DNA of 64,000 bases, taken from the NCBI RefSeq assembly GCF_964355755.1, contig NC_092680.1, forward strand, positions 18,733,045 to 18,797,044, written 5' to 3'. Below, piece by piece: positions 51,101 through 60,285 of this stretch (positions are counted from its first letter, which is position 1; the number at the start of each line of letters is the position of its first letter). The position numbers and the translations under genes are program-made. Source of the DNA: Antedon mediterranea (lineage: Eukaryota > Animalia > Echinodermata). The notes under the pieces were generated by a model, which was given only the letters and a program-made list of their open reading frames with translations, did not search any database and had not been told where the DNA came from.

Positions 51101-54068
51101 TGTTATTGTTCTTTCTATACAATAGTAGATACCTGAATCATGGTTGGGTCAAAGGGCATAGGTCAAAAAATGATGTATATATATACGTAGTAGTTAAAGA
51201 TGGCATAAAGCTGTATGGATAGGTGTAGATATTTTTTTATATATTTAATAAAGTATGTATATATTGCAGTCATTTATTATTATTAATAATAGTATTATTG
51301 TTGTACTGTTTATTAAATATATAATTTAATATACCTTATTATAATATATTTTTTTAAACAAATTGCATGATAGGAAAATGAGTGGTTCATTGATATCTCA
51401 TTTTCAGTAAATATTTTAATGGACATGCCCAACTACTTATTGTTGCCTAGCAACGTTCATCTAGCCTCATTAAAAAATGTTTTAAAAATCACAACAACCA
51501 CTATACAACCTATGGGAATCATAAATTTTACTTTACCAGTAAGAAATATAGGCATGACCTCAAACCAATGAACTACATCAGAAAAAAAATATGTACTATA
51601 GACATTTTTTGTTTCTTTTTGTTTCTTTAAAAACAGAAATCATGAAGCATGAAAAATAAAGATTAATTAAAATCAGACTTTGAATAGGTTATTTTGTAGT
51701 TTAAAAAAAACCTTTAAAAAGACTTTTTTTGCTTTAATTACAGTATTTTCAGGTACATAGGTAAATTTTTTTTTGATCCAATTTTTGGTCTATTATGTTA
51801 CATTAAAACAAATTATTTTTTCTGTGGGACAATACATTTTTAATTGTATAACTCGAATAACAATGTCTGAAGGACAACCTAGGTTTTGAGTAGTATCCAT
51901 CCTGCCAAATAACTCCAAAACAACAATTGTTTACCTTTTTCAACCACTTAAACATACAGTACCTTCCTCTAAAAGACTGCCATGGAAAGGATGTCTGAGT
52001 AGCAAAAGAATATTATTTTGGCCAGAATGGTTAAAACCCAATTTTTGTACGAATTTTGTTAATTTCAAACACAAATTTTGGTAATTTTTTTTTCTGTAGT
52101 TTTTTTCAAATACTTTTTTCTTAAATCTTCTTAAACACATCCTGCAGTGTCATATCTACTGACCGCAACAGGTCCATACCATTAGCATCTAACTCCTAAT
52201 ATTAACTTAACCTAACCTAAATAATCTCTCGAGCTTGCTCTACTACAGAATCACATATGGGATGAAGGCTGCTGTTAGAAGAAGTCCCTATACAGCACGT
52301 TGTTTAACGTTTTAATGTAATACAGCTTGCGCACCAGGTAAGCTCAGTCACAGAAATATAATTTTTAAATAATCTAAATTGGATTCAAATAATTAAAAAC
52401 ATGATTTAAATTAAATATTAAATTAAAAACATTTCAATTGTAGCTTATAAGGTGCACATTTTAAGAAACCACAAGATAAATAGGAAAACAATGAGTACCC
52501 CCATACAGCCCTGAAACAAGTGAGTTTAAATAGGAAAACAATGGATTTCCACACACTGCATTGAAACAGGTGAGTTATAGTTTTCAGACACCATTGTTAG
52601 CTAACACTCAATGAACAATACCAACGATTCCTATGGGAGATTTTCTTAAATGAGATTTCATTACAGCTAATTACTGTCGGCCTTGTTCTATGTATATTAG
52701 CAGTTTAAAGAGGGTAATATGCAAGGAAAAGGAGTGTTGTAGTTTTTTTATACTATTACCAGAGCATGGGTGATCAGCTGAACACCTTCTCACAATATCA
52801 CACTAAGGCGCAGGATTGGTCATAGCAAAAAATATATCAATGAACACAGACTTGCACTTGGAGAAGTCAACACACAGGGGCATCGAAAACGGTGATCATA
52901 GATAATGTAAAGTTCAACCCAATATGCGAAAATTGAGCATGTGAAAACATAGTAAATCGGTTTATTTGCACAATCTAAAACTGGCCCGTTTAGCATTTAG
53001 CCCTATTTCATGTTTTAGTCCATATTTTGTCATTTTATACCACAGTCTGATAAAGGCTCAATGTATTTACTTTCTGTTTTGTTGAAATGTAAAAAGTTCA
53101 ATCAAATAATTTTTCTTTATCACAGTACTAAATAGTTCACCTTCCATGAAATGGAAATGTACTTTAACGGTTACAACAAGTTGGCATAAATGCACTGCAC
53201 CATCCATTAACTCCATTGCCTATTCAACTGCACCTCTTATTTAACTGTACTGCCTATTCAATTGGCACCATTTATTCAATTGTATGGCTTATTTAACTAC
53301 ACCACCTATTCAACTTACACCATCTATTTAAATGTACCGCTTAATTATTTACACCACCTATTTAACTTACACTATCTTTTCAAATGCACCACCGCCCTGC
53401 TTATTTAACTGCACCACTTATTCAACTGCCCCGCTCATTTAAACTTTCCAAGAAATTTTGTTTAATAAAAATATATTAATCAATTTCCATTTATTATTTA
53501 TTTTAAAAAATTTCCAACAAAGACTCTTTATACCAACTGACCACAGAATTTATAAAAATATGTTATAATAATCCCTTGTTAATACTATTAAAATAAGCCT
53601 TGCTTTTAATACAATGATAGACACATGATAGGGAGTGTGTATATGATCTTTATCTATTTATTGTATCCTGTATTAGTTTTTGGTTGTCAAAATATTCAAG
53701 ATGCTGAGTGTGAACATTATGGTTTTATCTTTGGTTTATCCAGGGTTCTTTATTTTTTGTTGGCTATACTGGGGAAAGCCTTAGAGTAGGCAGGTCTAGA
53801 CACCAAAAAAATATTGTTTTAGACTTATTAGATAAAATGCACATGTTAAGTGGGATTGGTCAAAAATAAAGCAGCTTCATTTACGGTTTAGCTGACTGCT
53901 GATAGTTTCTAGTTTGAAAAGTGCACCTCAGGAAAAAGTGGGTTCATTCAAAAACTACATTCATCCACCCCCTCCTCCACCCCAATATTCATTTTTTTAA
54001 ACTAACCTTTCTCAAGTTTTGGTTTACCCATTTGGTAAATGTCTTTTTCTGAACTTCATCCCGTTCAT
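1..54068 (-). CDS. MACF1: Spectraplakin gene (MACF1/dystonin/Shot family), multi-exon; 5' first exon not located and 3' part beyond the left edge
   Basis: Spliced exons give tandem CH domains ([16 protein letters not shown]; [18 protein letters not shown]; [13 protein letters not shown]; [29 protein letters not shown]), plakin repeats with an SH3 and many spectrin repeats. MACF1 versus DST orthology cannot be separated; likely the single invertebrate co-ortholog. Confidence 0.95.
274..433 (-). CDS. MACF1: Rod spectrin-repeat exon
   Basis: 160 nt, phase 2-0. Confidence 0.9.
684..850 (-). CDS. MACF1: Rod spectrin-repeat exon
   Basis: 167 nt, phase 0-2. Confidence 0.9.
1052..1584 (-). CDS. MACF1: Rod spectrin-repeat exon
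   Basis: 533 nt, phase 1-0. Confidence 0.92.
1863..1977 (-). CDS. MACF1: Rod spectrin-repeat exon
   Basis: 115 nt, phase 0-1. Confidence 0.9.
2100..2457. repeat. Intronic tandem repeat, 73-bp unit, about 4.9 near-identical copies
   Basis: Unit agtacaaagtacagtaaactacatccagatatcagggctgggtcctggtgccaaaaggaagccgcaagacctt. Confidence 0.95.
2623..2943 (-). CDS. MACF1: Rod spectrin-repeat exon
   Basis: 321 nt, phase 0-0. Confidence 0.92.
3293..3577 (-). CDS. MACF1: Rod spectrin-repeat exon
   Basis: 285 nt, phase 0-0. Confidence 0.92.
3716..3856 (-). CDS. MACF1: Rod spectrin-repeat exon
   Basis: 141 nt, phase 0-0. Confidence 0.9.
4058..4204 (-). CDS. MACF1: Rod spectrin-repeat exon
   Basis: 147 nt, phase 0-0. 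Confidence 0.88.
4477..4677 (-). CDS. MACF1: Rod spectrin-repeat exon
   Basis: 201 nt, phase 0-0. Confidence 0.88.
4917..5161 (-). CDS. MACF1: Rod spectrin-repeat exon
   Basis: 245 nt, phase 1-0. Confidence 0.9.
5482..5692 (-). CDS. MACF1: Rod exon with Ser/Arg-rich loop ([14 protein letters not shown]...KRFSSF)
   Basis: 211 nt, phase 0-1. Confidence 0.88.
6159..6318 (-). CDS. MACF1: Rod spectrin-repeat exon
   Basis: 160 nt, phase 2-0. Confidence 0.9.
6589..6755 (-). CDS. MACF1: Rod spectrin-repeat exon
   Basis: 167 nt, phase 0-2. Confidence 0.9.
7055..7372 (-). CDS. MACF1: Rod spectrin-repeat exon
   Basis: 318 nt, phase 0-0. Confidence 0.92.
7490..7704 (-). CDS. MACF1: Rod spectrin-repeat exon
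   Basis: 215 nt, phase 1-0. Confidence 0.92.
7807..7921 (-). CDS. MACF1: Rod spectrin-repeat exon
   Basis: 115 nt, phase 0-1. Confidence 0.9.
8088..8408 (-). CDS. MACF1: Rod spectrin-repeat exon
   Basis: 321 nt, phase 0-0. Confidence 0.92.
8514..8939 (-). CDS. MACF1: Rod spectrin-repeat exon
   Basis: 426 nt, phase 0-0. Confidence 0.92.
9200..9346 (-). CDS. MACF1: Rod spectrin-repeat exon ...LLKWLSDTE
   Basis: 147 nt, phase 0-0. Confidence 0.9.
9372..10052 (+). mobile_element. Non-autonomous Helentron/DINE-1-like element
   Basis: 5' ttacctccgccaaggagg, (gttt)n microsatellite, subterminal inverted ggcgaaggta, 3' hairpin cactctcggagtg, ends ctagtt. Confidence 0.7.
10216..10452 (-). CDS. MACF1: Rod spectrin-repeat exon
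   Basis: 237 nt, phase 0-0. Confidence 0.9.
10758..10904 (-). CDS. MACF1: Rod spectrin-repeat exon AEYDREY...DQFYWV...KDKIK
   Basis: 147 nt, phase 0-0. Confidence 0.88.
11742..15878 (-). CDS. MACF1: Giant 4,137-nt exon (1,379 codons), low complexity and probably disordered, between plakin domain and rod
   Basis: ttttccacag acceptor in frame with the 1,377-aa ORF; ATG|gtaagt donor; phase 0-0. Confidence 0.85.
18059..18259 (-). CDS. MACF1: Plakin SR9 end exon ...[27 protein letters not shown]
   Basis: 201 nt, phase 0-0; matches the plakin-domain C-terminal motif. Confidence 0.92.
18675..18918 (-). CDS. MACF1: Plakin SR9 exon
   Basis: 244 nt, phase 2-0; alternative in-frame acceptor ending at 18909. 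Confidence 0.85.
19270..19445 (-). CDS. MACF1: Plakin SR8 exon ...[13 protein letters not shown](R)
   Basis: 176 nt, phase 0-2. Confidence 0.9.
19783..19921 (-). CDS. MACF1: Plakin SR8 exon
   Basis: 139 nt, phase 2-0. Confidence 0.9.
20039..20205 (-). CDS. MACF1: Plakin SR7 exon ...[22 protein letters not shown]
   Basis: 167 nt, phase 0-2. Confidence 0.9.
20526..20680 (-). CDS. MACF1: Plakin SR7 exon
   Basis: 155 nt, phase 1-0. Confidence 0.85.
21411..21518 (-). CDS. MACF1: Symmetric phase-1 exon [36 protein letters not shown]
   Basis: 108 nt, AG/GT, open in frame. Confidence 0.7.
21987..22115 (-). CDS. MACF1: Symmetric phase-1 exon [12 protein letters not shown]...[11 protein letters not shown]
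   Basis: 129 nt (117 nt with the second acceptor ending at 22103), strong pyrimidine tract, gtaact donor. Confidence 0.7.
22864..22932 (-). CDS. MACF1: Symmetric phase-1 exon [23 protein letters not shown]
   Basis: 69 nt, tctcttgtag / gtaaat, open in frame. Confidence 0.7.
23240..23283 (-). CDS. Candidate alternative terminal exon (D)[13 protein letters not shown]
   Basis: ctgac branch-like motif, poly-C tract and atag acceptor; phase-1 frame closes at TGA; AATAAA at 23071-23076 (minus strand). Confidence 0.4.
23380..23519 (-). CDS. MACF1: Post-SH3 exon [12 protein letters not shown]...RTMRTVN
   Basis: 140 nt, phase 2-1. Confidence 0.85.
23785..23939 (-). CDS. MACF1: Plakin SH3 exon [22 protein letters not shown]...[11 protein letters not shown]
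   Basis: 155 nt, phase 0-2; plakin SH3 signature. Confidence 0.94.
24127..24273 (-). CDS. MACF1: Plakin SR5 / SH3 start exon ...[10 protein letters not shown]...AVCSY
   Basis: 147 nt, phase 0-0. Confidence 0.92.
24617..24739 (-). CDS. MACF1: Plakin SR5 exon [15 protein letters not shown]...IIAME
   Basis: 123 nt, phase 0-0. Confidence 0.9.
25615..26105. repeat. 21-bp minisatellite (cagtatttcccagtatatgta)n with degenerate flanks
   Basis: Directly visible periodicity. Confidence 0.95.
26753..26848 (-). CDS. MACF1: Plakin SR4 exon [32 protein letters not shown]
   Basis: 96 nt, conserved QxQWxWL motif. Confidence 0.93.
27195..27299 (-). CDS. MACF1: Plakin SR4 exon [20 protein letters not shown]...HHPGSETIR
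   Basis: 105 nt, phase 0-0. Confidence 0.92.
27491..27859 (-). CDS. MACF1: Plakin SR3/SR4 exon ...[25 protein letters not shown]
   Basis: 369 nt, phase 0-0; highly conserved plakin motif. Confidence 0.93.
28185..28335 (-). CDS. MACF1: Plakin domain exon VEALEKRA...[10 protein letters not shown]
   Basis: 151 nt, phase 2-0, gtgagt donor. Confidence 0.88.
28686..28774 (-). CDS. MACF1: Plakin domain exon [19 protein letters not shown]...
   Basis: 89 nt, phase 0-2; resembles the plakin IRxLFxDVQxLKDG motif. Confidence 0.88.
29114..29282 (-). CDS. MACF1: Plakin domain exon (SR2) [17 protein letters not shown]...GNIM
   Basis: 169 nt, phase 2-0, gtaact donor. Confidence 0.85.
29495..29721 (-). 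CDS. MACF1: Plakin domain exon (SR1) ...[21 protein letters not shown]
   Basis: 227 nt, phase 0-2. Confidence 0.9.
29975..30091 (-). CDS. MACF1: Plakin domain exon (SR1) [20 protein letters not shown]...
   Basis: 117 nt, AG/GT, phase 0-0. Confidence 0.9.
30106..30208 (-). mobile_element. Short deletion derivative of the Helentron/DINE-like element at 31176-32014
   Basis: Shares both termini (aaacaaggccaacagccat..agtcgcgtg and ccacgcgacta) with the long copy. Confidence 0.8.
30568..30719 (-). CDS. MACF1: CH2 end and linker exon [26 protein letters not shown]...
   Basis: AG/gtaagt flanks, 152 nt, phase 1-0. Confidence 0.93.
31176..32014 (-). mobile_element. Non-autonomous Helentron/DINE-1-like element
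   Basis: Subterminal inverted repeats agtcgcgtg/cacgcgact, (gaca/gacc)n microsatellites, short terminal hairpin, T-rich ends. Confidence 0.75.
32103..32215 (-). CDS. MACF1: CH2 exon PDLIDFKSL...VPRLLDPE
   Basis: AG/GT flanks, 113 nt, phase 2-1. Confidence 0.95.
32575..32690. repeat. Dispersed repeat fragment (SINE-like), inverted copy at about 48400-48480
   Basis: gcgctgcactgctggctgc...gtggagggcc is the reverse complement of ggccctccac...gcagccagcagtgcagcgc. Confidence 0.7.
32740..32950 (-). mobile_element. SINE-like fragment, inverted copy at about 55362-55530
   Basis: gatgtactaggttctttaaagtgcaca is shared in reverse complement; simple-repeat tail. Confidence 0.7.
32988..33157 (-). CDS. 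MACF1: CH2 exon ISDIVVESH...[15 protein letters not shown](R)
   Basis: AG/GT flanks, 170 nt, phase 0-2. Confidence 0.95.
33308..33600 (-). mobile_element. tRNA-derived SINE-like copy
   Basis: B-box-like gattcgaatcc, tccttaggcaagatactttac core (related piece at about 48490-48510), (taa)n tail. Confidence 0.65.
35455..35685 (-). CDS. MACF1: Alternative first coding exon [11 protein letters not shown]...RRSVQ (CH1-less isoform)
   Basis: ATG plus 77 codons ending at CAG|gtaaga, phase 0, matching the CH2 exon; MGxxxS and CC motif. Confidence 0.75.
39743..39891. repeat. Three tandem copies of tgattggcaccattaccactatttacaacttcccat
   Basis: Directly visible. Confidence 0.9.
41496..41588 (-). CDS. 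MACF1: CH1 exon [31 protein letters not shown]
   Basis: AG/gtaagt flanks, 93 nt, conserved CH1 end. Confidence 0.95.
41627..42472. repeat. 73-bp tandem array, about 11.5 copies
   Basis: agacaatcc recurs at 41701, 41774, 41847, 41920, 41993 ... 42432. Confidence 0.95.
42842..42919 (-). CDS. MACF1: CH1 exon [26 protein letters not shown]
   Basis: AG/GT flanks, 78 nt, conserved CH1 motif. Confidence 0.95.
43816..43905 (-). CDS. MACF1: CH1 exon [30 protein letters not shown]
   Basis: AG/GT flanks, 90 nt, phase 0-0, conserved CH1 motif. Confidence 0.95.
48597..48701 (-). pseudogene. 5S rRNA-derived fragment (pseudogene or SINE3 head), 5'-truncated
   Basis: Reverse complement reads ...ACCGGTTCTCGTCAGATCACCGAAGTTAA...GGATGGGAGACCG...GGGTGCTGTA, matching metazoan 5S with indels. 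Confidence 0.85.
49975..51030. repeat. Degenerate tandem repeat (about 150-180 bp unit, gggcatagcccccaatggcttaagctttatg...acagataagttcac)
   Basis: About five diverged copies visible. Confidence 0.75.
50160..50510. mobile_element. Non-autonomous TIR DNA transposon with TTAA target duplication (Kolobok-like)
   Basis: TTAA-AGATGTATTGTCCCCC ... GGGGGACAATATATCT-TTAA (16-bp TIR, 1 mismatch); degraded relative at about 51640-51843. Confidence 0.8.
53195..53445. repeat. Degenerate ~19-bp tandem repeat (tatttaactgcaccacct-like)
   Basis: Directly visible. Confidence 0.75.
54007..54068 (-). CDS. MACF1: CH1 exon (D)[20 protein letters not shown]
   Basis: tttcttttgcag acceptor, gttagt donor, phase 1 to 0; hallmark actinin-type ABD start. 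Confidence 0.95.
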
Positions 54069-57000
54069 CTGCAAAAGAAATTGAAAGAAAAACTTATTTT
54101 TGCTATATTTTATATAAATATACATGCTGTTTACAAAAACGTTTTGTTAGCTTAATTAGGCAGTGGTTTTTAAGATCTCTCTGTAGCATTTCAACAAGAG
54201 TTTTCTTTTAAATTTTACCAAATATGATGTACCTGGAAAGTACTAAATGGTGAAACCAGGTACTGAATTAATATAAGAAAGGTGAGCGGCATCTACTGGA
54301 TATTTTGTCAGTGACAAAATGAAATGACACTATTTTGACTGCAGACATACAACTTAGCCTTAGTCTTAAGATTACAATTAAACTACATCTTTTAACAGGG
54401 CTTTGAATATCGAAATTTTCCAACTTTACAGGAACGTAAATAAAAAAAAACTAAACAAAAATGTCTTAAAGATAAAATGTTGTGTTTTATGAAAATATCT
54501 ACTTAGTTGACGATAGTACATCCATGTACTAAACACACAAAACAAAAATTATAAAAAATTTCATCAGAAAATTAATAGCATTTTCCACAAAAACACAACC
54601 TAAAATATCAATCTGCACCAACGCTGATGCAGGTTGGATTGTGGAAATACTATGGTTTTAATTACAACTTTTACAATTGTTAGTTATGAATTCTGTTCTT
54701 AAAAATGAATGGAGACTCTCAAATATTCATGAAATGATTTATGCATGGCGTCGCTAAACAATTTTATAAATCTGTTGGGCCTACATCATCAGAATCTGAA
54801 TACAGCTCACCGCCAACTCCCAAGCCCCTACCTTTACAAAAAAAAACCTTTTTACAACAAACATTGCACACAGTGAACAATGTCTCTCTTGTATCAGGGT
54901 TTCATATCCCTGCTTATTCAGTGCTATATAAACGAATACACTCAAGTAAATTTACAGACCACTAAATTAAATAAATATCTAAGCCATCCTCAATTAAGTG
55001 ATGAAATCAATCAACTAATATGATGCAAATTTAGCATTATTTATAGGATTACGAAAATAAGTAGCATCCCTTATTATCAAATTTAGGCACCGTACCGTGC
55101 ACCTAATAGATGTCAATGAACTTTACGTACAGGTACCAATAATGATTCTGTACAGCTACAGTATACAAATCTTCTATAAAAACACACTTTATAATTCACA
55201 AAATTAAAATACTACTTGTTACACAAATAATGTATAGTGACTGAACACCTGAATTGTACCATGGAATAAATATTACTCCATGATTGTACAAACAAAATTA
55301 AATATTCTGATTAAGCCTAAACAATCATCTGATTTTAGGAAAATTAACCATTCTAATAAAATAAGACTAAACCGTAGGTCCTGTGTACACTAGCTCATGT
55401 GCACTTTAAAGAACCTAGTACATCTTTCAAGACAAGTGGGGAATTACCCCAGTGTACTTTAGTACATCAAAGCACAGCTTCTGGGAGACCAGTATTTGAC
55501 TGAAGAAGTCTCACAGTACAAATAAATAATATAATAAATAGTAATAATTCAAAGCAATACATACAAAAATCTCTTGTTTTAAGTTTCTGCATTTGAAATC
55601 ACCTTTCTTACTCCCGGAAGAGAGCTAGGTATATCAAACTACACCTCTGACTTGAAGAGTCAAACAAGTGTGTGCCAAGAAACTACACAAGTACTTATAA
55701 TACCATAGGCCACTCGATAAAGGTGTGTTCATTCATGCATAGCTAATGTTTTACTTTTGAAGCCAGTCACATACTGTCTGTGTCTACTCTATGCATCTTT
55801 TATACCAATGTAAACAACGGTTGATTTTGTTGTGTGAACCCTTGATGCTAATCAGATCCTGTGTTTAATACCCAACTAGGGATTCACCCACGCTACTACA
55901 CGTAATATGATATACACACAAACTTCTATTTACATATTGATTGAGTTCACCTAAATGTTTGATGTTCTTTAAGGCCTATAACTGCAAGGTATCGTCCTTT
56001 TTTATCGCATCCAGAAGTACTTTTGGTATGTGTGGTTAATTTAAAAATAATTATCCCTCTGAATAAATGATTTTAAAATATATTTTATTTTTATGACATT
56101 TAAATGTCATAAAATAATATTAAACGAAAAGATTGGATGGCGAAAAAATTATTTACCAAATGGTAATTTAGATAAGAAATAGCCTACTGGAAGTCCATTG
56201 TCTGTTATATGGAATGGTTATGGAATTATTACAGTGTCTTTTTCAAAAGAAAAATCATAATTTTGTTTGTAATGCATTTCAACCTGGACCATAGAAAAAC
56301 AAATCTATAAAATAGTGTAATTAAGAACTAGAAAGCAATTGAGAAAAGAACATTAGAAATTTGAGGCAGAAAGAACAAATTGGAAAAGAACTTGGTCCTC
56401 AATTAGATGCAAAGTAACAATGCAAGTGTCTAGTTGAAATCCCAGTTTGGACAGTGGTCCATTGCATAATCATTGGTTAGAATATGGCTTGAGAAGCTAT
56501 GTAGTAGCCAGCAATGGGTAGAAAACAGATAGTAAGGATGTTTAGTTGGAAAGTCAAACATTTTGTCATACTTTCCTGCTACGGGTGGAATTCAATGAGT
56601 AAAGCCTGCATTATTTCAGTTATAACAAAAAGTACAAAACCACTATACTATCACAGTGATAAACTAACTGCTAGAAATATTGATTAGGACATAACAATTG
56701 CTACCTGTTCAATGGAAGTATTTAAGCAGTACTAACAACACTATTGTAATTAAAGAAACGAGAGTTACATATAAACCAGTGTAAACATGTACTATTAGAC
56801 AATATACTATAATCCCAATGTTGAGTTACATAAAATGAATGGGAAATTTCCAGACACAAAATTAATGATAGCCCAAAGCAGTGTATATCTACCATATGTG
56901 TACAGTACATACACAAATGAAAAGAAAAGATGAAACTAAACAGTATATAGTAAGAGATTAGTTTTAAAATCTACTAATGTGACCTTACTTTAAACCAGTT

Positions 57001-58346
57001 GAACACAATTATTTTTGTGTTGGCAAAGCAAAAAAAAAAGAGTCCCAGATTAACTTTTGAATAAATATGAATTAATTGAATAAACAATTGTTGAAGAAAT
57101 CCTCTTTTTGTCTTTGTGGATATTGATTTAGTACTATAGTATAGTTCCTGGTCATGTTTGGCGATATATAGCTTACATGAATTTGACTCTTTCTCATTTT
57201 TTGCTTTTCTTTTCTTTAATTGTTCTAAACTTTCTTTTCTTCAAATTTGTTTTTAACATTGCAGTGTTCAAATCATTTAAAGTGAAAAAAATTATACACG
57301 CTCAATGTTGTCTGTAACTTTCTTGAACTCTAGAGGGCCACTTGGGAATTGCCAACTTTACACCTACGGTAATGTGAAATGTTCTAACAAACAACAGTAT
57401 GATAGGCCTAGGTATGGAAGGCAAAAGTATAAAAAAAATTATCAGGAATTAGACTATGGTATTATATTTATGAAACATAATCTTTACATTATTATCAGAT
57501 CTATAAGATAGAGGCAAAGTAGGATCATGCCCTCATTTTTATTTTGATGATAGCATAGTAAATATTTGTGCAATACTTATTTTGATTTTATCACACATTT
57601 GATAGCATTATTATGACTTTGTTTACAACCTGATGAGTGAAACCATATTCAAATAAAGCTTACATTCAACCAAAAAAAGATAACCTACATCACACAGCCA
57701 GATCGATTAAAATAGCAACAACATTTATGATGAGCTATTCCATCGCATGGGTTTTGAGTTTTTATCACTTTGTATAAGACATAGAATATACTTCTAGAGA
57801 GTCAACTAGTAACGAGTAATGAATACTGTCATTTCTTGGTAAAAGTCTGTGCATATAACTTGAATACTTGATACGGGTCAACATGATACAACGCAGGCGT
57901 AATGTGCGACTATGTAGTGGGCTTGACAAACCGGAACATCCAATTGGCTATTAAATTGGGCGATTCCTCTTAATGGTAGAACACTTTTCGAGCTGTGGTT
58001 GTGTTGGAGTTGATGAATAATCTCACCAAGTTAGGTTTTGCCCCAAAATAAAACATTGATTCTTTTTTAAATTGAAAATATTATATTTTCAATAAATTAT
58101 GATGCACCAAATTAAATGAGACAACATCGATGATTGAGAAATATATAAACCAAATTCATTTTCTGGTCCCAATTGTATCCTTATAAAAGATTCCATTTAC
58201 TGTAACCTCAATGTTCTAGTTCAGAAATAGCTAAGAATTTGCACTATGGAAACTACTCCGTATATTCACAAGGATGTACTATTGAAGTGTGAACAGTTTT
58301 ATCTGTGAGAGGGAGAATATTTAAAACAGTACTTTCTGGTATCCAT

Positions 58347-58460
58347 AGTCTACACTATCAAACTAGTTTGACAAAATAAGTGTGATGTGCCCAAATATGA
58401 TAGTGATATGACATTATCATGTCCATATATGGACAAGTTTGATAATGTAGCCACAGCTTT
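58347..58460. mobile_element. Short MITE; related fragments at about 28855-28980, 29385-29480, 41405-41447, 42665-42760
   Basis: TIR gtctacactatcaaact / agtttgataatgtag; shared tgtgatgtgcccaaatatg core. Confidence 0.65.
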
Positions 58461-59999
58461 TTGAAAGGAAACTTTTTATTTTAAAAAAAATAATAATTTC
58501 CTGATTATTCAATTATCTTTGAAGCATGTAAACCTATAGGTGAATTCATTTTTTAATTTCACTTAATTGTGGGAGAAAAACCCTTTTCCTAATATTAATC
58601 ATATTACATAATTATTACAGTGTATTTAAAGATTTGTTCCAAACATATATTTCAACAAAACATTGCAATAGATGATAGTTTATTTAGCCTTTTAACATAA
58701 TGTTATTCACCTTCATTTGACTAAACAGATAGTTTGATTTGACATTCTGTTAAGATAGAGGATGTTAAAGCTCATCAATTACTATCATCATTGCATTTTG
58801 TGATATTATAAAATAATAATTCAGCAGAAAATAAAGTCATCGAAGAGAGTTTAGATTTTGTAATGTTTTGATTTTAATCTTTTTTTTAAATATGCGTATC
58901 CCTTTTTTTACAAAACTGAAAAAAAATTATTTTATATCTGGAAATATTCTAGTGTGCATAACCTATTTGCAGCCCCTTTTAGTCAACTAAAATATATTGT
59001 TGCAGTATCTCTTACTACGGTACGCTAAATTGTAAATTACTGTAATTTGTAAATAAACAGCTCATTAACAACTATCAGACATATAACATATAAACATATA
59101 TTTCCAAAATTCTCCATTCTCTAATTTTTGTGACGGTGTTTGCGATGACAAAGGCGGCTAGTTTTCATTGATTCAAAGGTAAGATCTCTTTAGCGATGGG
59201 CTTAGCATCGAGTAAAGCTTATAGCTAAAATCCCTGCTAAAATTGTTCGATAAATCGTTACCTTTGACACTGGACTGGCCAGGGACTAAAACTACTAATT
59301 TCACCCCTTCATTTCACATGCTTATGCTACTATATCCACGAAAATATACCTTGTAAAATACAGCACCTTCCCGTATGGAAAAATTTAAGAGTGCATATCA
59401 TTTCAACATATACTTCCTATTGATTTCTATAACAATTACATCAATTATTTTTGTATTATAATATAAATTTCCACATATTATTAATGGGTACATAATTCCT
59501 TATGTGGAATATCGTTTCAACATAAATTATTTGCGAACTTTTTTTAATGATTTCCATCAAATTTTTAATAAATTATTTTTTTATTACAGTTATACATTAT
59601 AATTTTCCTCATAAATTATTGATGGGTACAAAATTCCTAGTGGAATATAGTTCATCAAGTTTAAAAGGTTATAAAAAAGGGCATAATCCAAGTGGAATCC
59701 ATGGACTTAAGGAGAATACAATAGCATATTGTTTATAATGAAAATTGACTATTTATTGTAATTTTATGTTTGTTTTTTTTCAAAAGCATGATTGTTTAAA
59801 AAATTGAAATTAAAGATAATTACAGGAAGTATAATAACGTATATTGTTTATTTGATAATTTTTCATCCACAAGTTGAAAAAATTTGGGTTAGGGATCCTC
59901 TCATGACCCACAGTGCAGTACCTACGATGAACAACAGGAGCTGAGATGAACCAGTGCATAAGGGCAACACCCTACTTAGCTGTAATTACCATTTTGACC

Positions 60000-60285
60000 T
60001 AATATAATCCCACGCTCGAATGTAATCCCACGCTCGAATATAATCCAATGTTCGAATATATTATCATGTTCGAATATAATCCCACACTTGAATATAATCC
60101 CACACTCGAATATAATCCCATACTAGAATATAATCTCACGCTTGGATATAATCTCACGCTCGGATATAATCTCACGCTCAAATATATTCTCACGCTCGCA
60201 TATAATCTCACGCTCAAATATATTCTCACGCTCAAATATACTCTCACGCTCAAATATATTCCCATGCTCGAATATAATCCCACCC
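60000..60285. repeat. 18-bp minisatellite (aatataatcccacgctcg)n
   Basis: Directly visible. Confidence 0.92.

Noticed and set aside
51935-52140. 66-aa minus-strand ORF, or MFKWLKK ending at a gtaaac donor, as an alternative first exon
   Set aside because: The long ORF's donor is phase 1 and incompatible with the next exon (phase 0); the 7-codon alternative is too short to support.
56089-56114. Perfect 26-bp palindrome ttttatgacatttaaatgtcataaaa
   Set aside because: Very AT-rich and isolated, with no context suggesting function.
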